DNA of 32,000 bases from Micrococcus luteus NCTC 2665. GTDB lineage: Bacteria > Actinomycetota > Actinomycetes > Actinomycetales > Micrococcaceae. The stretch covers positions 1,140,001 through 1,172,000 of the forward strand of contig NC_012803.1 in NCBI RefSeq assembly GCF_000023205.1. Reading direction: 5' to 3'. Below are positions 8,001-16,115 of this stretch, in pieces; position 1 is the first letter of the stretch, and each line of letters opens with the position of its first letter. The notes beneath the pieces are model-generated. The model searched no databases. It was not told the DNA's origin and saw only the letters and a list, made by a program, of their open reading frames with translations. Both the position numbers and the translations under genes were made by a program.

Positions 8001-8783
8001 TCCGCCCGTCCACGGCAGGTGGAGGGCCAGCTGGCCCTGGACCTGCCGGACACCGAGCTCACCGCCCTCGCCCCGCTCTTCCCGGACCCGGGCCCGGCCG
8101 CCCGGGTCCGCACCGAGCTGGAGCTCACCGCCCTGGACGTCACCGCCCACCTCATGGACTCCCACGCCCCGTACCTGGACGCGCTCGGCGTCACCCGGGC
8201 GAAGGACCTGCTCGGGCTGCGCACGCAGTCCCGGGTGCTCGTGGCCGGGGTGCGCGTGGCCACCCAGACCCCGCCCATGCGCAGCGGCAAGCGGGTGGTG
8301 TTCCTCTCCGTGGACGACGGCACCGGCTGCGTGGACGCCTCCTTCTTCACGGAGGCCCAGCACGCCTCCGGGGAGATGCTCTTCTCCGCCCGCCTCCTGC
8401 TGATCGAGGGCACCGTCCGGCGCACCGGCGACCGGGCCGTGTCCGTCCAGGCCGTGCGCGCCTGGGACCTGCACCGGCCCGAGACGCTCCCGGACCCCGA
8501 CTACCTGGACGCCACCCGGCAGCAGTGGCGGGACTGGCTCGCGGCGGACCGCCGAGCCGCCGCCGCGCGCCGCAGCGGCCGGGCGGGCACCGGAGCGCAA
8601 CCCCTGCCGGACATCCCGCACCACGGCACGGGCGGCTGGCCCGTGAAGGTGCGCACCGACGTCGGGCCGGCCGGCGGGGCCCGTCCCGGCCGCGCGGCAC
8701 CCGATCGGCCCGCTCCGGAGCACACCCCGATCCCGGTGCCCCACCCGGAGACGTGGGAGCTGCTGCCCACCCCGGACAGATGA
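5085..8783 (+). CDS. dnaE2: error-prone DNA polymerase III alpha-type subunit DnaE2 (1232 aa)
   Basis: Track ORF 3969..8783 trimmed to the ATG at 5085. Features seen: N-terminal PHP region ([22 protein letters not shown]), PDIDIDVES catalytic aspartates, [22 protein letters not shown], and a C-terminal OB fold ([32 protein letters not shown]). The operon is SOS-box controlled. Confidence 0.93.
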   Translation: MSRAAAAGRTAAPFAHLHVASAFSAHYGVSWPEDLVAAAAAADMDLLACTDRDGLYGMAKHVGACLRHGITPIVGVDLAVRWSEDEDAGRVVVLARGGCHGSGYRSLCELVSAAHARTTGGAAGGSPWASVAELAAAAAGRVPTAANRDNPPTPELFVLLGPDSDVGRHLARRRYAAGLAALRRWKAALPAGSPHADVVTHLSAPGRRLDTGHAVKTLRAARQARIPAVLTNAVRYAAPDGAATADVLDAVRALSSLDALHDLQPNGQGWLKSTAAMHRIAHEVASAADDRPAPLLEATRRLAEACALDPETDLGWGVPRVPEAAVIGIDGPPEHVLRERTRTGLLARYPHLHTRGGLPGTSQAARDLQDRAEHELGIITRLGFSSYFLTVAAVVDLIEGMGIRVAARGSGASSLVNHALRISHVDPMANGLIMERFLSTDRSTLPDIDIDVESARRHEIYHAVVDRFGAERTTLMSMQNAYRARGAVRDAGLALGMPEPEVDAIAKQLWRFSASNFREALQRMPELGGLSRRIESGRAEGDRQLDLLVDLTERLDRLPRHISMHPCGVILGDATLLHRTPVQPSGMGLPMSQFDKHDMDPMGFLKLDILGVRMQSAIAYTIAEVERTTGERIDLEQVPLDDDATYAMIRTTHTLGCFQIESPGQRELVGKLAPREFNDLTVDISLFRPGPMQSDMVRPFLEQRHGWAPAHYPHPDLRPVLAETHGVTVFHEQVLRTMDVMTGCGLARADEHRRLLGGPQEHLVEEAFRTGALARGYPLEVIDEVWATLSAFGSFGFCKAHGAAFAVPTYHSAWLKTHHPAAFMAAILEHDPGMYPARLMVAEARRMGIPVLPVDVNASSRHVHVEWVPAHPEVDDGAPGRWGIRLPLTSLSGLSEAETDRLDAGRPYRSLADVRDRARPTARNLERLAQLGALDCLLPPGGASRTDLVHHLELQHSTTRGTAPGRTAPRSRSARPRQVEGQLALDLPDTELTALAPLFPDPGPAARVRTELELTALDVTAHLMDSHAPYLDALGVTRAKDLLGLRTQSRVLVAGVRVATQTPPMRSGKRVVFLSVDDGTGCVDASFFTEAQHASGEMLFSARLLLIEGTVRRTGDRAVSVQAVRAWDLHRPETLPDPDYLDATRQQWRDWLAADRRAAAARRSGRAGTGAQPLPDIPHHGTGGWPVKVRTDVGPAGGARPGRAAPDRPAPEHTPIPVPHPETWELLPTPDR

Positions 8784-8822
8784 GACCGGCCGCCTCCGTG
8801 CCCCGCCGTCCGGCCGCGCCCC

Positions 8823-8828
8823 TAGAAT
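8823..8828 (+). promoter_or_regulatory. candidate -10 hexamer (TAGAAT) for thrS
   Basis: TANNNT-type hexamer about 65 nt upstream of the thrS GTG, in the 109-bp intergenic region. No experimental support. Confidence 0.3.
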
Positions 8829-8892
8829 GGGACGCGGCCGACGGTGGCCCCCGTACGCCACCGATCCCGAAGCCAGACCTCGAAGGAGCACC

Positions 8893-10911
8893 GTGTCGGA
8901 GCCGAAGAACATCCTGCTGACCGTGGACGGAGAGCTGCGGGAGGTGACGCACGGCACCACCGGCCTCGACCTCTTCCGCGAGAAGCCGACCACCGCCGTC
9001 ATGCGGGTGGACGGCCTGCTCTGGGATCTGGCCCGCGAGATCCCCGCCGGCGCGTCCGTCGAGTCGGTGGACATCACGGAGCCCGAGGGCCTCGAGGTGC
9101 TGCGGCACTCCACCGCCCACGTGATGGCCCAGGCCGTGCAGCAGCTGCGCCCGGGCGCCAAGCTCGGCATCGGCCCGTACATCACGGACGGCTTCTACTT
9201 CGACTTCGACGTCGACGATCCCTTCACCCCCGAGGACCTCAAGCAGATCTCCTCGCTCATGCAGAAGATCGTGAAGTCCGGCCAGGCCTTCCGCCGCCGC
9301 GTCGTGGACGAGGAGACCGCCCGCGCCGAGATGGCGGACGAGCCCTACAAGCTCGAGCTGCTCGGCAAGAAGGACGCCGCGGACACCGCCGGCGAGGGCG
9401 CCTCCGTGGAGGTCGGGGCCGGGGAGATCACCATCTACGACAACGTGGACCGCAAGACCGGCGACGCCGTGTGGTGCGACCTCTGCCGCGGCCCGCACCT
9501 GCCCTCCACCAAGCTCATCGGCAACGGCTTCGCGCTCACCCGCTCCGCCGCCGCCTACTGGCTCGGCAACGAGAAGAACAAGCAGCTGCAGCGCATCTAC
9601 GGCACCGCGTGGGCCAGCAAGGACGACCTCAAGGCCTACCAGGAGCGCCTCGCCGAGGCCGAGCGCCGCGACCACCGCAAGCTCGGCGCCGAGCTGGATC
9701 TCTTCTCCTTCCCGGACGAGCTCGGCTCCGGCCTGCCCGTGTTCCACCCGCGCGGCGGCATCATCCGCAAGGAGATGGAGGACTACTCCCGTCGGCGCCA
9801 CACCGAGGCCGGCTACGAGTTCGTCTACACCCCGCACATCACCAAGCAGCACCTCTACGAGGTGTCCGGCCACCTCGACTGGTACGCGAACGGCATGTTC
9901 CCGCCCATGCACATCGACGAGGTCCGTGATCCCGAGACCGGCGAGATCACCCGCCAGGGGCAGAACTACTACCTCAAGCCGATGAACTGCCCCATGCACA
10001 ACCTGATCTACCGCTCCCGCGGCCGGTCCTACCGTGAGCTGCCGCTGCGACTGTTCGAGTTCGGCTCCGTGTACCGGTACGAGAAGTCCGGCGTGGTCCA
10101 CGGCCTCACGCGCGTGCGCGGCATGACCCAGGACGACGCCCACATCTACTGCACCCGCGAGCAGATGAAGGAGGAGCTGACCACCACGCTCAACTTCGTC
10201 CTCGACCTGCTCAAGGACTACGGCCTCAACGACTTCCACCTCGAGCTCTCCACCAAGGACCCGGAGAAGTTCGTCGGCTCCGACGAGATCTGGGAGGAGG
10301 CCACCCGCACCCTCGCCGAGGTCGCGGAGGCTTCCGGTCTGCAGCTCGTCCCGGACCCGGGCGGCGCCGCGTTCTACGGCCCGAAGATCTCGGTCCAGGC
10401 CCGGGACGCCATCGGCCGCACGTGGCAGATGTCCACCATCCAGCTGGACTTCAACCTGCCCGAGCGCTTCGACCTCGAGTACCAGGCCGCCGACGGCACC
10501 CGTCAGCGCCCCGTGATGATCCACCGCGCCCTCTTCGGCTCCATCGAGCGCTTCCTGGGCGTCCTCACCGAGCACTACGCCGGCGCGTTCCCGGCCTGGC
10601 TCGCCCCGGAGCAGGTCGTGGCCATCCCGGTGGCCGAGGCATTCAACGACTACCTGGACGACGTCGTCGCGAAGCTGCGCGCCGAGGGGATCCGGGCGCG
10701 CCTGGACGACTCCTCGGACCGCTTCCCGAAGAAGATCCGCACCGCGGCCAAGGAGAAGGCGCCGTTCGTGCTGATCGCCGGCGGCGAGGACAGGGAGGCG
10801 GGCGCCGTGTCCTTCCGCTTCCGCGACGGCACCCAGGACAACGGCGTGCCGGTGGAGGAGGCGATCGAACGCATCGTGAAGGCGGTGCGCGAGCGCGAGG
10901 TCACCCCATGA
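8893..10911 (+). CDS. thrS: threonine--tRNA ligase
   Basis: GTG 8893 is preceded by GAAGGAG. TGS-like N-terminus; class II motifs ([48 protein letters not shown]); anticodon-binding C-terminus. Confidence 0.95.
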   Translation: MSEPKNILLTVDGELREVTHGTTGLDLFREKPTTAVMRVDGLLWDLAREIPAGASVESVDITEPEGLEVLRHSTAHVMAQAVQQLRPGAKLGIGPYITDGFYFDFDVDDPFTPEDLKQISSLMQKIVKSGQAFRRRVVDEETARAEMADEPYKLELLGKKDAADTAGEGASVEVGAGEITIYDNVDRKTGDAVWCDLCRGPHLPSTKLIGNGFALTRSAAAYWLGNEKNKQLQRIYGTAWASKDDLKAYQERLAEAERRDHRKLGAELDLFSFPDELGSGLPVFHPRGGIIRKEMEDYSRRRHTEAGYEFVYTPHITKQHLYEVSGHLDWYANGMFPPMHIDEVRDPETGEITRQGQNYYLKPMNCPMHNLIYRSRGRSYRELPLRLFEFGSVYRYEKSGVVHGLTRVRGMTQDDAHIYCTREQMKEELTTTLNFVLDLLKDYGLNDFHLELSTKDPEKFVGSDEIWEEATRTLAEVAEASGLQLVPDPGGAAFYGPKISVQARDAIGRTWQMSTIQLDFNLPERFDLEYQAADGTRQRPVMIHRALFGSIERFLGVLTEHYAGAFPAWLAPEQVVAIPVAEAFNDYLDDVVAKLRAEGIRARLDDSSDRFPKKIRTAAKEKAPFVLIAGGEDREAGAVSFRFRDGTQDNGVPVEEAIERIVKAVREREVTP

Positions 10912-11588
10912 CCAGCCCCGGCACCGGCGGATCCGACGCGCGTGCGCAGGCCCGCGCGTCGGCGGACGCCGCCGCCACGGACGGCTTCGAGCTGCCCGGC
11001 GCCCCGGACGCCTTCGAGCGGTTCTGGAACGCCCACCGCATGGCGTACGTGTCCAAGGGGACGGGCCAGGTCAAGGACGAGCACACCTGCCCGTTCTGCG
11101 CGGCCCCGCAGCGCGACGATGAGGACTCCCTCATCGTCCACCGCGGCCGCACCGCCTACGTGGTGCTGAACCTGTACCCGTACAACCCCGGTCACCTGCT
11201 CGTCTGCCCCTACCGCCACGTGCCCCTGTACACGGACACCACCACGGAGGAGGCCGCCGAGATGGCGGAGCTGACCCAGACGGCGATGCTGGCCCTCGGC
11301 CAGGCCGCCGGTGCGTCCGGCTACAACCTCGGCATGAACCAGGGGGCGGTGGCCGGCGCCGGGATCGCGGCCCATCTGCACCAGCACGTGGTGCCGCGGT
11401 GGACCGGCGACGGCAATTTCCTGCCGATCATCGCCCGGACCAAGAACATGTCGCAGACCCTGGGGGAGACCCGGCAGATCCTCGCGGACGTCTGGGACCG
11501 GGCCGCCCAGGACCACGCCGCGCGCCAGGCGGCCAACGCCCGTTCCGCGGCCGAGCATCCTCGCCCGGGGTCCGGAGACCCCGCCTGA
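10908..11588 (+). CDS. HIT-family protein (Ap4A phosphorylase-like, Rv2613c-type)
   Basis: ATGA overlap with the thrS stop. Histidine triad [10 protein letters not shown]. The thrS-HIT-pgsA order matches known mycobacterial synteny. Confidence 0.85.
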   Translation: MTSPGTGGSDARAQARASADAAATDGFELPGAPDAFERFWNAHRMAYVSKGTGQVKDEHTCPFCAAPQRDDEDSLIVHRGRTAYVVLNLYPYNPGHLLVCPYRHVPLYTDTTTEEAAEMAELTQTAMLALGQAAGASGYNLGMNQGAVAGAGIAAHLHQHVVPRWTGDGNFLPIIARTKNMSQTLGETRQILADVWDRAAQDHAARQAANARSAAEHPRPGSGDPA

Positions 11589-12199
11589 TGCTGGACCGTC
11601 ACGCGCGCGGCGTCACCACCCGCCTGTTCACCCCGGTGGCCCGTACGCTCCTGCGGGCCGGGGTCAGTCCGGACACCGTGACGGTCGTCGGCACGCTCGG
11701 CGTGAGCCTGGGCGCGCTCGTGCTCTTCCCCCTGGGGCACCTGTTCTGGGGCACGCTCTTCATCACCGCGTTCGTGTTCTCGGACCTGGTGGACGGGATC
11801 ATGGCGCGCGAGGCCGGGTCCACCGGCCGCTGGGGCGCGTTCCTCGACTCCACCCTGGACCGCGTGCAGGACGCGGCCGTGTTCCTCGGGCTGTGCCTGT
11901 GGGGCTTCGGCGTCGGCGCCGCACCCGCGGTCGGCGCGCTCTCCGCGGCCTGCCTCGCCCTGGGCATGCTCGTCTCCTACGTGCGTGCCAAGGCGGAGGC
12001 CCTCGGCTGGAGCGCGCACGTGGGCATCGCCGAGCGCGCCGAACGGCTCGTGGCCGCCCTCGTGGTCGCCGGCCTCACCGGCCTCGGTCTGCCCCCGGTC
12101 GTCCTGGCCGTCACCTTGGGGCTGCTCGCCGCCGCGTCCCTGGTCACCGTCGGCCAGCGCATGGCCGCGGTGCGCCACCAGGCGCGCGACGACGCCTGA
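11588..12199 (+). CDS. pgsA: CDP-alcohol phosphatidyltransferase (phosphatidylinositol phosphate synthase-type)
   Basis: TGATG overlap with the HIT gene. D-x2-DG-x2-AR...G-x3-D-x3-D motif (SDLVDGIMAREAGSTGRWGAFLDSTLDRVQD). Multiple TM helices. Confidence 0.85.
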   Translation: MLDRHARGVTTRLFTPVARTLLRAGVSPDTVTVVGTLGVSLGALVLFPLGHLFWGTLFITAFVFSDLVDGIMAREAGSTGRWGAFLDSTLDRVQDAAVFLGLCLWGFGVGAAPAVGALSAACLALGMLVSYVRAKAEALGWSAHVGIAERAERLVAALVVAGLTGLGLPPVVLAVTLGLLAAASLVTVGQRMAAVRHQARDDA

Positions 12200-12224
12200 C
12201 CGGCCCGGCTGCAGGACCCGCCCG

Positions 12225-12743
12225 TCAGCCCGCCGCGATCTCCGCGACGACGGCGCCCGTCACCTGCACGAGGTCGGCGGGCGCGATCTCCACATCCAGG
12301 CCGCGTTGCCCGCCGGAGACGTACATGAGCTCCGCGTCGAGAGCGGAGGAGTCCAGGACGACGGGGTGGGGCCGGCGCTGGCCCAGGGGCGAGACGCCGC
12401 CCCGCACGTAGCCGGTCCGGCGTTCGACGACGGCCAGATCGGCCAGGGCGAGCCGCTTGACGCCCAGCACCGCGGCGGCGGCCCGCAGGTCCAGCTGACC
12501 GGACACGGGCACCACGCACGCCGCGAGCGCACCGTCGGGGTCCGCCACCATCAGCGTCTTGAACAGTCGGTCGGCGGGCACGCTGAGCGCCCGGGCGACC
12601 TGGACGCCGAACCGCTCGCCGCCGGCGTCGAGGGCCACGTCGAAGGTGTGCAGCCGGTACGGGACCCCGGCGGCCTCGAGAGCGGCGACGGCCGGCGTGG
12701 CCGCCCCGTGCCGGGCGCCGCGATCCTTCTTGCGCTGGCCCAC
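12225..12743 (-). CDS. ybaK: Cys-tRNA(Pro)/Cys-tRNA(Cys) deacylase YbaK
   Basis: GTG start. TPAVAALEAAGVPYRLHTF, FKTLMV and GYVRGGVSPLGQ are typical YbaK/EbsC motifs. Confidence 0.85.
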   Translation of the reverse strand: MGQRKKDRGARHGAATPAVAALEAAGVPYRLHTFDVALDAGGERFGVQVARALSVPADRLFKTLMVADPDGALAACVVPVSGQLDLRAAAAVLGVKRLALADLAVVERRTGYVRGGVSPLGQRRPHPVVLDSSALDAELMYVSGGQRGLDVEIAPADLVQVTGAVVAEIAAG

Positions 12744-12750
12744 GGCGGAC

Positions 12751-13209
12751 TCAGGCGATCCCGGCCTGCTCGCGCACGTTGCGCTTGATGCGGCCGAGCA
12801 TGGCGGACATGCCGCGCAGCCGCAGGGGGGTGAGGGCCTTGGCCAGACCGAGGCGGCCGGGGATGTCCTCGGGTACGTCGAGGACCTCGAGGGCGCTCAG
12901 CCCGTCCAGGCCCTGGGTGAGCACGGAGGCGAAGCCGCGCGTGGTGGGCGCCTCCGGGGGAGCGGCGATGAAGAGGCGGACCGGGGCCTGCGGGCCGGGC
13001 TCGCCCTCGAGCTCGACGGCCAGGAACAGCGGGGTCTGGCATTCCACGACCTGCTCCATCTCCGTCTCGTGGCCGTCGTAGCGCTCCGGCAGCGCCGGCA
13101 GCTCGTCCGAGAACTCCAGCAGCAGCTCGAGCTTCTCGGGATCGGGCACCCCGGCGAAGTCGTCGATGATCTCGGCCAGGGCGGCGGGCACGGCGTGGTT
13201 CTCGGTCAT
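12751..13209 (-). CDS. sufE: SufE-like sulfur acceptor protein
   Basis: LLLEFSDELP...VVECQTPLFL (conserved Cys) ...GLSAMLGRIKR. Pairing with a rhodanese gene is as in mycobacterial sseA/Rv3284. Confidence 0.85.
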   Translation of the reverse strand: MTENHAVPAALAEIIDDFAGVPDPEKLELLLEFSDELPALPERYDGHETEMEQVVECQTPLFLAVELEGEPGPQAPVRLFIAAPPEAPTTRGFASVLTQGLDGLSALEVLDVPEDIPGRLGLAKALTPLRLRGMSAMLGRIKRNVREQAGIA

Positions 13210-13246
13210 GGTGTCCCAGTCTAGTGATCCACGCCGTGCCGGGGGC

Positions 13247-14140
13247 TCAGCGCGCGGGGGCCTCGCCCGGCTCTTCGCCGACGGCGATGGGCAGGCGCAC
13301 GGCGTTGCCCCACTCGGTCCAGGAGCCGTCGTAGTTGCGGACGTCCTCGTGGCCGAGCAGGTACTTGAGCACGAACCACGTGTGGGAGGACCGCTCGCCG
13401 ATGCGGCAGTAGGCGATCACGTCGTCGCCCTCCTGCAGCCCGGCGTCGGTGCGGTAGACCTGCTCCAGCTCGGCGCGGGACTTGAAGGTGCCGTCCTCGT
13501 TGGCCGCGGACGCCCACGGCACGGACGCCGCCGTGGGGATGTGGCCGCCGCGCAGGGTGCCCTCCTGCGGGTAGCCGGCCATGTGCGTGGTCTCGCCCGT
13601 GTACTCGGGACGGGAGCGGACGTCGATCAGCGGGGTGGTCCCGATGGCCTGCAGGACGTCCTCGCGGGCGGCGCGCTCGGTGTGGTCGTCGCGCTCGATC
13701 ACCGGGTACTCGGCGCGGGCCACGGTCGGGACCTCGCGGGTGGTCTCGCGTCCCTCCGCGATCCACTTGTCACGGCCGCCGTCCATCAGGCGCAGGTCCT
13801 CATGGCCGTAGAGGGTGAACACCCACAGCGCGTAGGCGGCCCACCAGTTGGACTTGTCCCCGTAGAACACCACGGTGGTGTCCCGGGAGATCCCCTTGGA
13901 GGCGGCGAACTCGGCGAAGGCCTCGGGGCCGACGAAGTCGCGGCTGACGGGGTCGTTGAGCTCGGTGTGCCAGTCGACGCGCTGGGCGCCGGGGATGTGG
14001 CCGGTGGAGTAGAGGAGAGCGTCCTCGTTGGACTCGAGGACCACGACGTCGTCGTCGCCGACATGGTCGGCGACCCACTGCGTGGACACCAGCTTCTCGG
14101 GGTGGGCGTACTCGGAGAACTTCGCGGCGGTATCGGTCAT
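13247..14140 (-). CDS. sseA: thiosulfate sulfurtransferase (tandem rhodanese domains)
   Basis: Track ORF trimmed to the ATG at 14138-14140, preceded by GAAGGAAGG. Active-site loop [15 protein letters not shown]. Confidence 0.9.
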   Translation of the reverse strand: MTDTAAKFSEYAHPEKLVSTQWVADHVGDDDVVVLESNEDALLYSTGHIPGAQRVDWHTELNDPVSRDFVGPEAFAEFAASKGISRDTTVVFYGDKSNWWAAYALWVFTLYGHEDLRLMDGGRDKWIAEGRETTREVPTVARAEYPVIERDDHTERAAREDVLQAIGTTPLIDVRSRPEYTGETTHMAGYPQEGTLRGGHIPTAASVPWASAANEDGTFKSRAELEQVYRTDAGLQEGDDVIAYCRIGERSSHTWFVLKYLLGHEDVRNYDGSWTEWGNAVRLPIAVGEEPGEAPAR

Positions 14141-14363
14141 GGCACTGCCTTCCTTCGCGTCGGGGCGGGCCCGCACGGGCCCGGGGCGGGCGGCACGACG
14201 ACGGCGGGTTCCGTGTCCGTGCCCTGCGCGCCAGATTACGGCACGTCGGTGTCACGTAAGAGGGTAGGGGCCCCTCAGTCCGGGACACGCGAGGTCACAT
14301 GGGTCGGGTCCGCGGCCCGATAGCATGGCCCGGAATCCCCGTCGTCGACCCTGGGAGTGTCCC

Positions 14364-15419
14364 GTGGCTCAGATCGTCCACCTCGCCGACCGTTCGCCGC
14401 AGGTCACCCCGGACCAGCTGCTGTCCGGCTTCCACCCGTCGTACCGCTTCGGCACGGTGTCCTTCGACACCTACATCCCGGACCCCGCGCACCCCTCGCA
14501 GGCACAGGCCGTGGAGCGGCTGCGCCGGTTCGCTGCAGACCTCGGACGGGGCGGCTCGGGCGGCGGGTTCCTCGGCGGCCTGTTCGGCGGGATGAAGCGG
14601 GCGGCGGGGCCGGCCGGCATCTACCTCGACGGCGGCTTCGGCGTCGGCAAGACCCACCTGCTGGCCTCGACGTGGCACGCGGCCCCCGGGCCCAAGGCGT
14701 TCGGCACGTTCGTGGAGTACACCAACCTCGTGGGCGCCCTGTCCTTCCGCAAGGCGGTGGACCAGCTCAAGGAGTACACCCTCGTGTGCATCGACGAGTT
14801 CGAGCTCGACGACCCGGGGGACACCGTGCTGATGTCCCGGCTCATGCGCGAGCTGGCCGACGCCGGCGTGCGCCTGGTGGCGACCTCCAACACCCTGCCG
14901 GGCTCGCTCGGCGAGGGGCGCTTCGCGGCGCAGGACTTCAAGCGCGAGATCCAGGTCCTGGCCGAGCAGTTCGAGGTCATCCGCGTGGACGGCGAGGACT
15001 ACCGCCACCGCGGACTGACCGCCGCGCCGGACCCGCTGCCGGACGACCAGGTGGTCGCGACGGCGGAGCAGAACTTCCCCGACGCCGGCGTGCTGGCCGT
15101 GGACGACTTCGACGCCCTGACCGCCATGCTCTCCCGCGTGCATCCGTCGCGGTATCGCGAGCTGGTCAAGGACGTGGACGTGCTCGCCCTGCACGACGTG
15201 AAGACCATCACGGAGCAGGCCACGGCCCTGCGCTTCGTGGTGTTCGCGGACCGCCTGTACGACAAGGACGTGCCCGTCCTCGCCTCCGGCGTGCCCTTCG
15301 ACGCCCTGTTCACGCAGGAGATGATGCACGGTGGCTACATGAAGAAGTACTTCCGCACGGTCTCCCGCATGACCGCCCTGGTCCGGGAGGGCCAGACGGG
15401 CGTGGCCGAGCACAAGTGA
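14364..15419 (+). CDS. zapE: cell division protein ZapE (AFG1-like ATPase)
   Basis: Walker A GGFGVGKTHL, Walker B LVCIDEFELDD, and the N-terminal F..YIPDP..PSQ..A motif. GTG 14364 (GGGAG upstream) is preferred; ATG 14325 is the alternative. Confidence 0.85.
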   Translation: MAQIVHLADRSPQVTPDQLLSGFHPSYRFGTVSFDTYIPDPAHPSQAQAVERLRRFAADLGRGGSGGGFLGGLFGGMKRAAGPAGIYLDGGFGVGKTHLLASTWHAAPGPKAFGTFVEYTNLVGALSFRKAVDQLKEYTLVCIDEFELDDPGDTVLMSRLMRELADAGVRLVATSNTLPGSLGEGRFAAQDFKREIQVLAEQFEVIRVDGEDYRHRGLTAAPDPLPDDQVVATAEQNFPDAGVLAVDDFDALTAMLSRVHPSRYRELVKDVDVLALHDVKTITEQATALRFVVFADRLYDKDVPVLASGVPFDALFTQEMMHGGYMKKYFRTVSRMTALVREGQTGVAEHK

Positions 15420-15523
15420 GCCGGCCCGGTCGCCACCCGGGGCCGGGCGGGCCGTGACGTCCTGCCCGGCCCCTCGTCGCCGAGGCGGGCCTCGCCCACC
15501 CGGGCGGGTGCGCCCCGGAATGA

Positions 15524-15555
15524 CGAAGGGCCCCTCCGTCAGGAGGGGCCCTTCG
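15524..15555. terminator. bidirectional stem-loop between convergent zapE and the tRNA array
   Basis: Perfect 14-bp stem CGAAGGGCCCCTCC / GGAGGGGCCCTTCG with a 4-nt loop (GTCA). It has no strong U-tract, which is common in high-GC Actinobacteria. Confidence 0.55.
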
Positions 15556-15559
15556 CGTG

Positions 15560-15636
15560 TGGAGCGGATGACGAGATTCGAACTCGCGACCTCCACCTTG
15601 GCAAGGTGGCGCTCTAGCCAACTGAGCTACATCCGC
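15560..15636 (-). tRNA. tRNA-Gly (anticodon GCC), CCA encoded
   Basis: Hand-folded cloverleaf: GCGGATG/CATCCGC acceptor, GCTC..GAGC D stem, CCACC-TTGCCAA-GGTGG anticodon arm, GCGAG-TTCGAAT-CTCGT T arm, discriminator T, then CCA. Confidence 0.93.
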
Positions 15637-15664
15637 CTGAGTCGATCTTCACGGATCGTCTCCG

Positions 15665-15736
15665 TGCGCGATACTGGGTTCGAACCAGTGACCTCTTCCG
15701 TGTCAGGGAAGCGCGCTACCGCTGCGCCAATCGCGC
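15665..15736 (-). tRNA. tRNA-Val (anticodon GAC), no encoded CCA
   Basis: Hand-folded cloverleaf: GCGCGAT/ATCGCGC acceptor, GCGC..GCGC D stem, CTTCC-CTGACAC-GGAAG anticodon arm, ACTGG-TTCGAAC-CCAGT T arm. Confidence 0.92.
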
Positions 15737-15794
15737 TCGTCCACCTCCGAGGAGGTGGTGAACATGCCGCCACTCCCGGTCGGAGAAGCCTGCG

Positions 15795-15865
15795 AGGTCG
15801 GGACGGGATTCGAACCCGCGTATACGGCTTTGCAGGCCGCTGCCTCGCCTCTCGGCCACCCGACC
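15795..15865 (-). tRNA. tRNA-Cys (anticodon GCA), no encoded CCA
   Basis: Hand-folded cloverleaf: GGTCGGG/CCCGACC acceptor, GCGGC-CTGCAAA-GCCGT anticodon arm, GCGGG-TTCGAAT-CCCGT T arm. Confidence 0.9.
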
Positions 15866-15883
15866 AGGGGTGAAGGTTGAGCG

Positions 15884-15957
15884 AGCGGATGACGAGATTC
15901 GAACTCGCGACCTCCACCTTGGCAAGGTGGCGCTCTAGCCAACTGAGCTACATCCGC
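15884..15957 (-). tRNA. tRNA-Gly (anticodon GCC), second identical copy, no encoded CCA
   Basis: The 74-nt body is identical to 15563-15636. The 3' flank reads CGC instead of CCA. Confidence 0.93.
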
Positions 15958-16019
15958 GTGTCGGTGCCGCCGGGATCCGCTCGTCTGAGCCGCTCACCTG
16001 CGTTTTCCAACGAGAAGGA

Positions 16020-16047
16020 ACTCTAGGCCATCTCCGCCCGGATGCAA
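16020..16047 (-). promoter_or_regulatory. candidate SigA-type promoter for the tRNA array
   Basis: On the minus strand: TTGCAT (16047-16042), 16-nt spacer, TAGAGT (16025-20). This lies about 60 nt upstream of the first tRNA-Gly. Sequence-only prediction. Confidence 0.4.
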
Positions 16048-16115
16048 AATCGGCGTCCGCAGGCGTGTCGGTCCACCCCGTCGGGGGTCTGTGGACCCTG
16101 CCAGAATGGCTGACC

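Noticed and set aside
4842-9185. Very long ORFs overlapping dnaE2: 1447 aa on the minus strand (4842..9185) and 1197 aa in another plus frame (5327..8920).
   Set aside because: Their translations are Arg/Pro/Gly/Ala low-complexity sequence with no motifs. They are entirely shadowed by a motif-rich dnaE2 frame with proper GC3 bias. This is the typical stop-codon-poor off-frame artefact of >70% GC DNA.
8347-10575. 742-aa minus-strand ORF opposite thrS. Similar shadows lie opposite rsmB (18696..20597), ribD/ribE (22002..23735), ribBA (23651..25195), trpE (27936..29132) and pgsA (11321..12178).
   Set aside because: All are antisense to genes with unambiguous catalytic motifs. Their sequences are dominated by G, A, V, D, E, R repeats, which reflects reverse-complement codon bias.
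15454-15942. ORFs of 69-139 aa across 15310..15942 on both strands.
   Set aside because: They lie on top of four hand-folded tRNA genes and a terminator hairpin, so the open frames are incidental.
15959-15980. TGTCGGTG, which resembles the first half of the mycobacterial RecA-independent (PafBC) DNA-damage promoter motif, upstream of the PD-(D/E)XK nuclease.
   Set aside because: The hexamer 8 nt downstream is ATCCGC, not TANNNT, so the bipartite motif is incomplete. It also directly abuts the tRNA-Gly 5' end.
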